From Polyangium sp. y55x31 (lineage in GTDB: Bacteria > Myxococcota_A > Polyangia > Polyangiales > Polyangiaceae), in NCBI RefSeq assembly GCF_029946505.1, contig NZ_JARZHG010000009.1:1-42926 (forward strand): DNA of 42,926 nt. Reading direction: 5' to 3'. Positions 17,664-26,300 of this stretch are shown here, piece by piece; the first letter of the stretch is position 1; every line of letters begins with the position of its first letter. The notes below the pieces were generated by a model. The model saw only the letters and a program-made list of their open reading frames with translations. It did no database searches and was not told where the DNA came from. The translations under genes and the position numbers were made by a program.

Positions 17664-18743
17664 ATGAGGAAGATGCAATCGACGACGCCGGCGCGGCTTC
17701 ACGAAGAACGGGAGCATCGGCTGACGGTGGCGTTGAGCGTGGCCTTCGCGGCCCTCGCGTTCCTGGCCTGCAAACAAGGGGAGCGCGCGAGCGCGAAAGG
17801 CCAATGCCCGCCCGGGGAGACGTGCTCGGATCGAACACCGGAGGGCCTGAATTTCATCGGCGCGCATACGGTCAACGACGCGGACACTGCGGACCTCCTG
17901 CCCACGGCGATCGGGGGCACGCAGACGGTGACCCTTTATTACGCGGGCTCGCCCAACGTGCCCTACGTGGCCGGATTCGAGGCGAGGCCCGTCGATTCCA
18001 CGATCGCCACGCTCGAATCGCAGAGCCTCTCCGAGCTGGTCCTTCAAGGCGCCACCGAGGGAAAGACGCTGCTCCGGGTCGTCGAGCCGGGGACGAACGC
18101 GCTGCTCGACCGGGTCGAGATCAAGACCGCCGCGGTCGCGCGGATCTCCGTCATCCCGCGGGAGCTGCGGTACGAGACGGTGACCCCCACGCAGTGGGCG
18201 GTGCTCGCCGGGAACCCGGCGGATCTCGGCGTCTTGCTCTTCGATGCGAACAACGTCCAGGTGATCGACGAGACGCTCGACGTGCGCGCCCACGGAGCCG
18301 AGATCTCACGGCGCACGTGGGATCGTCGCGAGGTCACGGCGCCTTCGGAGGGCTCCCTGACGCTCATGGTGCGGGCGGGGGATCATCGGGAGCCGGTGGA
18401 GGTGCAGGTCGTCTCCTCGGTGAAAGACATCACGCGCAAGCCGCAGGACAGCACCGAGCAGCCGGGCCCGATCGAGATCCAGGTCGGCGCGGCGGCGGAG
18501 ACGTTCTGCTTCCTGGCCAAATCGGACGACAAGACGGTGGTCGGGGCGCCGTGGGGATTCGAGCCGTCGGAGAACCTCTCGATCGCGCGGCCGTCGCCGC
18601 CGTCGGATACCCATCCGTGGGATGCGCCGTTCTGGTCGCCGCCGAGCTGCGTGGCGCTCGCGGGGGCGAAGGTCGGGACGGCGACGCTGAAGGTGAAGGC
18701 AGGCGACTCCGACAAGGTGTTCGAGGTCTCGATCCGGGAATGA
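17664..18743 (+). CDS. Secreted lipoprotein / Ig-like (BIG-type) domain protein, 359 aa.
   Basis: Internal start MRKMQSTTPARL (M194 of track ORF 17085..18743) with GGAGG 8 nt upstream. Signal peptide …LSVAFAALAFLACKQG. Beta-rich Thr/Val-rich body with repeated …KTLLRVVEPG… / …ATLKVKAGDSDKVFEV… strands. Confidence 0.55.
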   Translation: MRKMQSTTPARLHEEREHRLTVALSVAFAALAFLACKQGERASAKGQCPPGETCSDRTPEGLNFIGAHTVNDADTADLLPTAIGGTQTVTLYYAGSPNVPYVAGFEARPVDSTIATLESQSLSELVLQGATEGKTLLRVVEPGTNALLDRVEIKTAAVARISVIPRELRYETVTPTQWAVLAGNPADLGVLLFDANNVQVIDETLDVRAHGAEISRRTWDRREVTAPSEGSLTLMVRAGDHREPVEVQVVSSVKDITRKPQDSTEQPGPIEIQVGAAAETFCFLAKSDDKTVVGAPWGFEPSENLSIARPSPPSDTHPWDAPFWSPPSCVALAGAKVGTATLKVKAGDSDKVFEVSIRE

Positions 18744-18749
18744 CGGCCG

Positions 18750-19259
18750 TCATCCCTCGGAGCGATCGCGGGCGGCGGAGGCCTCGGTCTTCGCCGCCTG
18801 GTTCTTGCGGCGGGTCTTCGCGCCCTTCACGGCGATCTGGGCATTGTAACGGAGGGTCTTCTCGAAGGGCGCGAGGAGGGCCTTGTCGCGGGTGCGCTGG
18901 GCCGTGGACTTCGTGATATCGACGATCCGGGCGATGGTGTTCTCGCGCTGATGGGTCTTCAAGCGGCGCGACTCGCGGGTGACCTCGAGGAGCTTTTCGA
19001 GGAGCATCTCCTTCTGGAGGAGCGCGTCGATGCTCTTCGTTTCGGCGACGAACCGCTCGTAGAGCTTGGGGGAGATGCCGGCGGACTCGCCGAGCAGAGG
19101 GAAACTCGCGGCGAGCTCGTGGACGACGTCCTCGATTCCCGGCTGCACGCCGCGGAAGCCTTTCGCGCCGCCCGGGGGGAGGTCGAAGAGGTCGTCCTTC
19201 ACGTCGGCGAGGGAGACGTCGAGGGGGCCTGCATACGGGAGCATCGGACCGGTCGTCAT
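18750..19259 (-). CDS. Hypothetical protein, 169 aa (MTTGPMLPYAGPLDVSLADVKDDLFDLPPGG…), with a basic and possibly helix-turn-helix-like C-terminus.
   Basis: M69 of track ORF 18750..19463, with GGAGG 6 nt upstream. The N-terminal 68 aa of the track ORF lie in the hairpin-repeat array and are not coding. The stop is convergent with the upstream lipoprotein gene inside an ATGACGGCCGTCAT palindrome. Confidence 0.45.
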   Translation of the reverse strand: MTTGPMLPYAGPLDVSLADVKDDLFDLPPGGAKGFRGVQPGIEDVVHELAASFPLLGESAGISPKLYERFVAETKSIDALLQKEMLLEKLLEVTRESRRLKTHQRENTIARIVDITKSTAQRTRDKALLAPFEKTLRYNAQIAVKGAKTRRKNQAAKTEASAARDRSEG

Positions 19260-19320
19260 GGAGCACCTCCGGGTAGGGGTGCGCGATCGACGGTCGAGAG
19301 GGCGAGGTCGTGAAGGGGGA

Positions 19321-19630
19321 GCACGAAGTCGTCTCCTGGGAAGGAGGAGGGCACGGCGGGTGGGGGTGATGTGGTGGGGTGGTGAGGATGAGATCGTCCT
19401 CTGGGGAGGATGAGATCGTCCTCTGGGGAGGATGAGGAGAGCCTCCTGCGATGAGGATGGCATCGTCGTGCAGGACCCATGAGGCTTTGGAGGAAGATGC
19501 CTTCATCCTCGGGGGAGGATGACGAGGGGAGGCGGGGAGGATGAGGAAGTCCTCGTCCAGGAGGACCTCCTCTTCCTATGTAGAGGAGGGCAGCTTCGGG
19601 GAGGATGAAGGCGTGTTCGGCGCAGGCTCG
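19321..19630. repeat. Intergenic array of about 9 degenerate tandem ~23-nt units (consensus GGGGAGGATGAGATCGTCCTCTG). Each unit is a GAGGA-N7-9-TCCTC mini-hairpin.
   Basis: Seen in the sequence: two perfect tandem copies (gaggatgagatcgtcctctgg x2) followed by diverged copies (ggaggatgaggagagcctcct, gaggaagatgccttcatcctc, ggaggatgaggaagtcctc, ggaggacctcctc, ggaggatgaaggcg...). The units are contiguous with no unique spacers, so this is not CRISPR-like. Confidence 0.7.
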
Positions 19631-19632
19631 AA

Positions 19633-22600
19633 TCAGCCTCGCGAAGGGGGGACTTCGCGGCGCGAGGTCACGCGTCGACGAGCGAGGAGCCCGGCGGCGA
19701 GCACCAAGGCGGCGATCGGAGCGCCCGACGCGGGCCCGCCCGAGGCCTGGCAGCCGGCGTTGACGGCCGAGCCCTTGGCCTGGTCGGCGCCGCCGCCCGG
19801 AACCAGGTCCTCGCCGCCGCCCGCACCCGAGGAGTTGGATCCGCCGCTTCCGCCGCTTCCGCCGCTTCCGCCCGTGCCGGCGCCGCTGCTCTCGCAAACG
19901 CCGCCCATGCAGGTGCCACCCGCGCAGGATTCGCCGTCCGGCTTCGTCGGGTCGTCGCAGGTGCCCGTCGCCGGATCACAGGTGCCGGCCTCGTGGCATT
20001 CGTCCTCGGCCGTGCAGACGACTGGATCGGCGCCGACGCACGCGCCCACGTCGCAGGTGTCGCTTTGCGTGCAGGCATTGCCGTCGTCGCAGACAGCGCC
20101 CGTGAGCGGCGTGCAGGTGCCGTCGGCGGAGGCGCCGAGCGCGACAGCGCAAGCCTGGCAATCGGGTGCGGAGTTGCCGCAGCTCGAGTTGCAGCAGACG
20201 CCGTCCGCGCAGAAGCCGCTCGCGCAATCGGTCGACGCGGAGCAGGCGGCGCCGAGGGATTGCGAGGTCGTGAGGAGGCGGGCGCGGATGCGGTTGCTGC
20301 CGTAGGGCGGCGCGGTCTCTCCCTTCATGTACGCGAGGAGCAGGTGGCCGGCGCCGTCGCTCGCGAGCGCGGGCTTGTCGTGGTGCGCGGCGCCGAGGCC
20401 GGCGAAGGGCTGGCCGCCGGGGGTGAGGACGTCGCCGGCTTCGGTCACCCAGCTCCCGTAGATGGCTCCATTGACGCCATGCCGCCCGTCACGCCAGACG
20501 ACGAGGCAATCGGTCCCGTCGAAGGCAATGGCCGGATTGCCGCTCTGATAATTGGAAGTCAGCTCGACGTCGAGGGTATCGATGACGACGCCGGCGCCCG
20601 TGACGCGGGCCAGGAACACACGGCTGTTGGTGTAGGCGACGGTGAAGTTCAGCCCATCGAACGCCACCGCGGGGGAGCCGGTCGCATTGGGGCGGATGAT
20701 GATCCCCGGCGGCGCGTCGAGGAGCACACCCGCGGTCGTGATCCTCGTGCCCCGCAGGGTTCCGTACGTCGAGACCACGAAGTATCGGTTGCCGTCGAAC
20801 GCAATGCCGGGGCCCGATCCGCTCAAGGCAGCACTGCTGATCAGAAAGCCAGTCGGCTGAAGGAGGACGCCGGCCTGCGTCATCAGGGCGCCGTAGACAC
20901 CCGATGTCGAACGGCCGTCTTGCCAGGCGACGAGGTAATTCGTGCCGTCGAATGCGATCGCCGGGGCTTGCTCGTGCCGGTTCGCCACCGCGACGAGGGG
21001 GATCCCGGCAGGATCGGCGACGACGCCGGCCGCGCTCACGCGCGCCGCATAGATGTCGTAATAGGTCCCCGAGCGCTTGTCTTGCCAGACGATCATGTAC
21101 TGGGTGCCGCCCCAGACGACCTTCGGGGAGGATTGCTCGCCGGTCGCGGCCGAGATCACGATGCCCGAGGGATCGAGCACGTCGCCGGTAGGCGAGATCC
21201 GCGTGGCGTAGAGGTCCACGGTCGCGTTGTCTCGCATGTCCTGCCAGACGACGAGGTAGTTCGTGCCGTCGTAGGCGATGGAAGGCGCGTCCTGCTGGTT
21301 GGCCGCCGAGAGGAGCCTCAAGCCTTGCGAATCGTGGACGGTGCTCCCCGTGAAGCGCGCGCCGTACGCGATCGGAGTACTACCGCCCGCGCGCAGGTCC
21401 TCCCATGTAGCAAAACAAGCACCACCGCCGCACGCGACCTCCGGCCCGGATTGCTGGTTCGCAGCGACCGCGAGGGGCGTGCCGGTCCCGTCGAGCGCGA
21501 CGCCGTCGACCGAGACCCGTCCCTGCCAGATGTCCTGATCACCCGTGCGATTGTCGGTCCAGGTGACGACGTACTGGGTGCCGTCGAACGCGACAGAGGG
21601 CGTCGACTGCGTCCCCGCGCTCTTGCAGACCTCCACGCCGATCGGATCCAGCACGGTCCCCGAGGGCGAGACCCGCGCGCCGAAGATGTCCGGGTTTCCC
21701 CACTTGCCGTCGTTCCATACGACGAAGTAGTTCGTCCCGTCGAAGGCGACCGAAGGAGCCCCTTGGCTCTGGGCCGAGAGCGAGATGGCGAAGCCATTGG
21801 GTTCGAGTACGGCCCCGGTCCCGGTCACGCGGGCGCCGTAGATATCCGCGATGCTGTTGTTACGCGTGTCCGTCCAGACGACCAGGTAATCGGTACCATT
21901 AGACGCAACCGAGACATCGCTCTGGATGGTGCTAGTCGGGGTCGAAATGCCGAACTGGCTCCCGATGGCCGTACCCGTGGCGTCGACGAGAGCGCCGTAC
22001 ACGTCCCCAACGACTTCCCAGGCGACGAGGTGATTCGTACCGGCGGCGGCCACGTCGAGCGAGTTGATGTTCTGATTGGGGTAGCTCCCGTACTTCTTCG
22101 GCGTCGGGTCCAGCACGACGCCGGCCGGCGAGACCCGCGCACCAACCACGAGGCCGTTGCTGCCGACGAAGGCCCCCCATGCGACGAGGTAGTGGGCGTT
22201 GGCGAAGGTCACCGCGAGCTTGTTGGAGCTGGCGCTAGGGCCGGGCCCGGCTCCGATCTCGAAGCCCCCCGGGTCCAGGATCACGCCCGCGGGTGTGACC
22301 CGCGTGCCCACGACTGTGAGTGAGCTGAGCTTGTTGAGCTGCCGCGCGTCGATCCAGGCGACGAGCCAATTCGTCCCGTCGAAGGCGACCTGCGGGGACG
22401 ACTGCGCCGTGGTCACCTGGAAATAAATGGGCGTATCACTGCCGAACTCGGGGCCAATCGTCGGGTCGAGCACCGCAGGGTAAGCGGAGCCCTCCACGAC
22501 GGCCTCGGGTACGGTCAAGACGAGCTCGCCCTCGGCCTTCGTATACCGGACCGGGACCGCCGTTCGTTCGCCCCGCCCGTCGATCCACGTCGCCAGGCCA

Positions 22601-23256
22601 TACCGAAGCCCGAGGCCCGTCGCCGGATCGACGAAATGGTGCCCCGCCGCGGTCTCGCCCGCGTACGCCTGGCCCGTGACCCGGACGCGGATTTCGAGGT
22701 CGCCGCGTCCTTTCGGCTGCGTATCGAACGAGAAGCTCTGCTCGACGCCCTCGTCGTCGTTCCGTAGGTGCTCGGTGACGTCGCCCCGCGTGATGGCGAG
22801 GTGGCCGTCCTGCTCGACGCGGCCTTCGACGCCGCGAAGATCGCGGGCCGCGCCGCGGGTCAAAGAGACGGTTTCGAAGGTGGCCTCCGCCCCCTCGCCC
22901 GCGGCGGACGCGGGTCGAACGGAGAATGCCGAGGTCGAGGCGCGCACCCCGTACGTCGAATGCCCGCCCGCCCAGCGTTCGCCGTCCTTCCGGAAGGCGA
23001 AATGGACCTGCCGCATGACGCCGTCGAGATCAAACGGAGCGGACGCCTGCGTGCGTTTCCCCGGCGAGCGCAGAGCTGCCGGCTCCGGAGGCGTGGTCTC
23101 GCGCGGCGAGAGCTCCCCATCACGGGCGGAGCACGACGCGAGGAGCGCGACGACCCAGACGACGAGCGCGGCCCCGATGCCGCGCCGAATACGCTCACGA
23201 GCCGCGACGCGGGACGCGGCTCCCTTTCTCGGACACGAAGATACGAGTCCAGACAT
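19633..23256 (-). CDS. Large repeat lipoprotein (1207 aa). It has a lipobox signal (…VVALLASC), about 17 tandem ~48-aa repeats (…Q.sP.VAFDGTNYLVVWxDxRxGxxDIYGARVSxxGxVLDPxGIxIS…), then a Myxococcus cysteine-rich repeat module and a C-terminal MYXO-CTERM sorting domain.
   Basis: Track ORF; visible internal periodicity. The Cys-rich segment VCDDGNACTQSDTCDVGACVGADPVVCTAEDECHEAGTCDPATGTCDD matches the Myxococcus cysteine-rich repeat. The tail …NAGCQASGGPASGAPIAALVLAAGLLARRR matches the MYXO-CTERM (GC + hydrophobic + RRR) pattern. Confidence 0.7.
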   Translation of the reverse strand: MSGLVSSCPRKGAASRVAARERIRRGIGAALVVWVVALLASCSARDGELSPRETTPPEPAALRSPGKRTQASAPFDLDGVMRQVHFAFRKDGERWAGGHSTYGVRASTSAFSVRPASAAGEGAEATFETVSLTRGAARDLRGVEGRVEQDGHLAITRGDVTEHLRNDDEGVEQSFSFDTQPKGRGDLEIRVRVTGQAYAGETAAGHHFVDPATGLGLRYGLATWIDGRGERTAVPVRYTKAEGELVLTVPEAVVEGSAYPAVLDPTIGPEFGSDTPIYFQVTTAQSSPQVAFDGTNWLVAWIDARQLNKLSSLTVVGTRVTPAGVILDPGGFEIGAGPGPSASSNKLAVTFANAHYLVAWGAFVGSNGLVVGARVSPAGVVLDPTPKKYGSYPNQNINSLDVAAAGTNHLVAWEVVGDVYGALVDATGTAIGSQFGISTPTSTIQSDVSVASNGTDYLVVWTDTRNNSIADIYGARVTGTGAVLEPNGFAISLSAQSQGAPSVAFDGTNYFVVWNDGKWGNPDIFGARVSPSGTVLDPIGVEVCKSAGTQSTPSVAFDGTQYVVTWTDNRTGDQDIWQGRVSVDGVALDGTGTPLAVAANQQSGPEVACGGGACFATWEDLRAGGSTPIAYGARFTGSTVHDSQGLRLLSAANQQDAPSIAYDGTNYLVVWQDMRDNATVDLYATRISPTGDVLDPSGIVISAATGEQSSPKVVWGGTQYMIVWQDKRSGTYYDIYAARVSAAGVVADPAGIPLVAVANRHEQAPAIAFDGTNYLVAWQDGRSTSGVYGALMTQAGVLLQPTGFLISSAALSGSGPGIAFDGNRYFVVSTYGTLRGTRITTAGVLLDAPPGIIIRPNATGSPAVAFDGLNFTVAYTNSRVFLARVTGAGVVIDTLDVELTSNYQSGNPAIAFDGTDCLVVWRDGRHGVNGAIYGSWVTEAGDVLTPGGQPFAGLGAAHHDKPALASDGAGHLLLAYMKGETAPPYGSNRIRARLLTTSQSLGAACSASTDCASGFCADGVCCNSSCGNSAPDCQACAVALGASADGTCTPLTGAVCDDGNACTQSDTCDVGACVGADPVVCTAEDECHEAGTCDPATGTCDDPTKPDGESCAGGTCMGGVCESSGAGTGGSGGSGGSGGSNSSGAGGGEDLVPGGGADQAKGSAVNAGCQASGGPASGAPIAALVLAAGLLARRRVTSRREVPPSRG

Positions 23257-23374
23257 AACCCCTCATCCACTGTAGCAGTACACACTGCTCAATCGTGGAA
23301 GGGGACCTCTACCACGCGCCAGCGGATGGAAGAAGGGCTTTCTGGGGTCCAGCTCCGCGAGGAAGGAAACCCGA

Positions 23375-26300
23375 TCAAGGGTTGGGGCGAGGGGGAGCTC
23401 CACCCTGCCCCTGCCCCAGCGACACGAGCGCCCGCTCCACGTCGGTGCGGTACGCATTGTCCATCGCCGCGACCTCCTTGAAGCGGAGATAACTCTTCAC
23501 GGCCTTGTCCTTTTGCCCCGTGGCGCGCATCGCCTCGCCGTGGAGGAAATACGCGTCGGCGTGCCAGCTCTCCGCGGGGCCGTTCTTCTGCAAGAGCAGC
23601 TCCACGGCCTTGTCGAGCTCCGGCGTGGCCGCGAGCTTGTTGCCGTTCGATTCGAAGATCTTGCCGAGCCGATAATGCCACTCGGCGACCGAGCCATTGC
23701 CCGCGATCGCCTTTTGCCACGCCGTCTGCGCCTCCGGCCAGCGGCCGAGCTCCTGATAACAAAGCGCCATCGTGGCGTGCGCCTCGTGCCGGGAGGGGCG
23801 CTTTTGCAAGGCAATTTCGAGGTCCGCGAGGGCGTCGAGCGTGCGGCCCTGCTTGTGGAGCAAGACGCCGCGTTGCCAGTAGGCGTCCGCGAGCTCGCGG
23901 TCGAGCTCGAGGGCGCGCTTCAAGGCCGCCTCGGCCTTCGGGAACTGACCGAGGACGTTCGCCGCCCAGCCGACATAGAGGAAATACTCGGCGCGATTGC
24001 CGTCGATCTCCGTGGCCCGTTCGAGGAATCGAATGGCCTCGCCCGCTGCCGACGAGCCGCCCTTCAAGAGGAGGGCGCGGCCGAGGAAATGGTTCGCGTC
24101 CGCGGAGCCGGCGCGCTCTTTCAAGACCTCGCGCAGGATCGGCTCGGCCTGCGCCGCGTGGCCCGCCATGACCTGCGCGGAGCCGACCCGCATTTTGAGG
24201 TCGATGTCCGTCGGCGCCTTTTCGAGCGCCGCCGCATACATCTCGAGCGCGCGCTCGCTCTGGCCCGTCTCCTCGTAAAGGAGGCCGCGCTCCAGCGAGA
24301 GGCCGGGGAATTCCTTGTCGACGGTCGCAATCTGGTCGAAGACCTTCTGCGATTCCTCGAACGCGCCCATGCGGCGGAGCGTGACGCCGAGGCGGAAGCG
24401 CGTGCCGAGGTCGTCCTCTTTGGCGAGCGCGGCCTCGAATTCGGTGCGCGCCTCGGGATAACGGCCGGCCTGCGAGAAGACCTCGCCCTTGGCGCGGTGG
24501 AGCGCCGGGAGGTCGGGGAACTTGGCGCTGGCCTCGGCGAGCTTGGCCTGCGCCTCGTCATTGCGGCCGGCGGCCGAGAGGAGCGAGGCGAGCGCGACGT
24601 AGGCCTCGACGGCCTCGGTCTGCGTGCCGCCGAGCTTGATGGCCTGGAGGTAAAGGGCCTCGGCTTCCTTCTTGTTGCCGAGCGCATCCTCGACGCGGCC
24701 GAGCCAGTAGGCGGACGCGGCGGCGTCGGGTTTGTCGGCGCGGAGTTTTTCGGCGAGGGCCTTGGCGTCCTTGAGGCGTTCGAGCGCGAGGAGGGTCTTC
24801 GTCGCGCCGATGCGGGCCGGGAAGCTGGTCTCGTCGACACGCATGGCCTCCTCGAAACGGAGGAGGGACTGGGAGAAGCGGCTCGATCGATAAAAGAGCT
24901 CGCCGTCGCCGATGAGCGCGGCGCCGCTGCGCGGGTCGATCTTGAGCGCAGCGGCGAAGGCCTGTTCAGCCGCGGTGATGCGGGAGCGGGCGAGGTGGAT
25001 GCGGCCGGTTTCGAGGTAGGCCTCGACGAGCTCGCGTTCGCTGGCAGAGGCGCGGATGTCGCCCTCGGCGGTGACCTTGCCGAGGAGGTCGAGGGCGTCG
25101 GTTTCCTTGGCGGGGTCGCGGCCGAGGATCGAGGCGAGCAAGGTGCGCGCGCCGGCGTGCTTGGGAGAAGCTTCGAGCGCGGCGCGGGCGCTCTTCTCGG
25201 CAGAAGCGGCGTCGCCCTTGGCAAGCTCGGCGCGGGCGAGGCCGTAGAGGGAGCGGGCGCCCTTGCGGATGGAGACGGCGCGTTTCCACGCGACGAGCGC
25301 GTCGGCGGTGGCGCCGGAGGCAAGCTCGATCTCGCCGATCAGGACAGCGGCGTCGATGTCGTTCGCGTCGGCGTCGAGCGCGTCCTTGGCCATGCGGCGC
25401 GCCGGATCGAGGCGGCCCGCGAGCGCGTGTTGCGCGGCGACCGCGAGGGTGCGCTCGCGGCTCGGGCTCTCGGTCTGTCCGAGGAGCTGCTTGCCGAGGG
25501 TCTCGTCGTCGCCGCGGCGGCCATGGCGGACGCTTCGGGAGAAGGCGACATACGCGGCATACGCGGCCGTCGCGCGGTGGCGCGGGCGCGAGAGTTGCGC
25601 AGCCTTGGCAGCTGCGAGCGCGCGCGCGGCGGCCGCGGCGGTGTCCTCGTCGAGCGTGGCCTGCGTGTTCTTTTCGAGCCCGCTGAGCGCCTCGGCATGC
25701 GCGGAGGCGTTCACGAGATCACTCACGGCGTGCGCGCCGAACGGGCCGATGTCGGGAAGGAGCGCGAGCGCGCCGCCGCCGATCGCGATAAGGACGGCCG
25801 CGCCGATGCCGTACACACGGCCGCGGCCACGGGGCCGCTTTTCACCGGCGGGCCGCGCGAGGCTCTTCGGGGATCTGTCGCGTTTGGCGAGGGCCGTGTC
25901 GAGCCCCTCGGACTCGCCCGGCGCGAGGTCGACCTCGTCGCCGATGCCCGCGTCGTCCTCCGGAGGAGGCGCGGGCGCGCGGGGCGCGGCGGCCGCGGGG
26001 ACGTCGGCGCGCTGGGTCGCCGCGCCCGTGCTGATCGGCGCGCCCGTCGAGAGGTCCATGTCCGGTTCGCCGAGGGAAAACTCTTCGCCCGGCTTGGAGA
26101 CGGGGGCCGCAGCGCGTGTGCTCGCCGGCGGCGCCGGCGTGGCCGGCTTGGGCGCGGCGGCGGCCTTGTTCGGCGGGGGATCGGCGAACGCGGCGTCGAA
26201 GGCCGCGTCGTCGAGCTCGAAGCCGGCCGTCGCGGACGCGGCGGCGCGCGGCCGCGACGCGGGAGATGCCGCAGGCGCAGGCGGCGGCTCACTCGCGAGG

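Noticed and set aside
19321-19630. Possible CRISPR array
   Set aside because: The repeats are contiguous and degenerate, with no unique spacers of regular length. There are no cas genes in the window.
19256-20305. ORFs 19256..19897 (-) and 19541..20305 (+), and the N-terminal 68 aa of 18750..19463 (-), overlapping the hairpin-repeat array
   Set aside because: Their translations are just the repeat read in-frame (…SSPEDDLILPRGRSHP…). They have no RBS. Together they overlap the repeat array and the C-terminus of the MYXO-CTERM lipoprotein.
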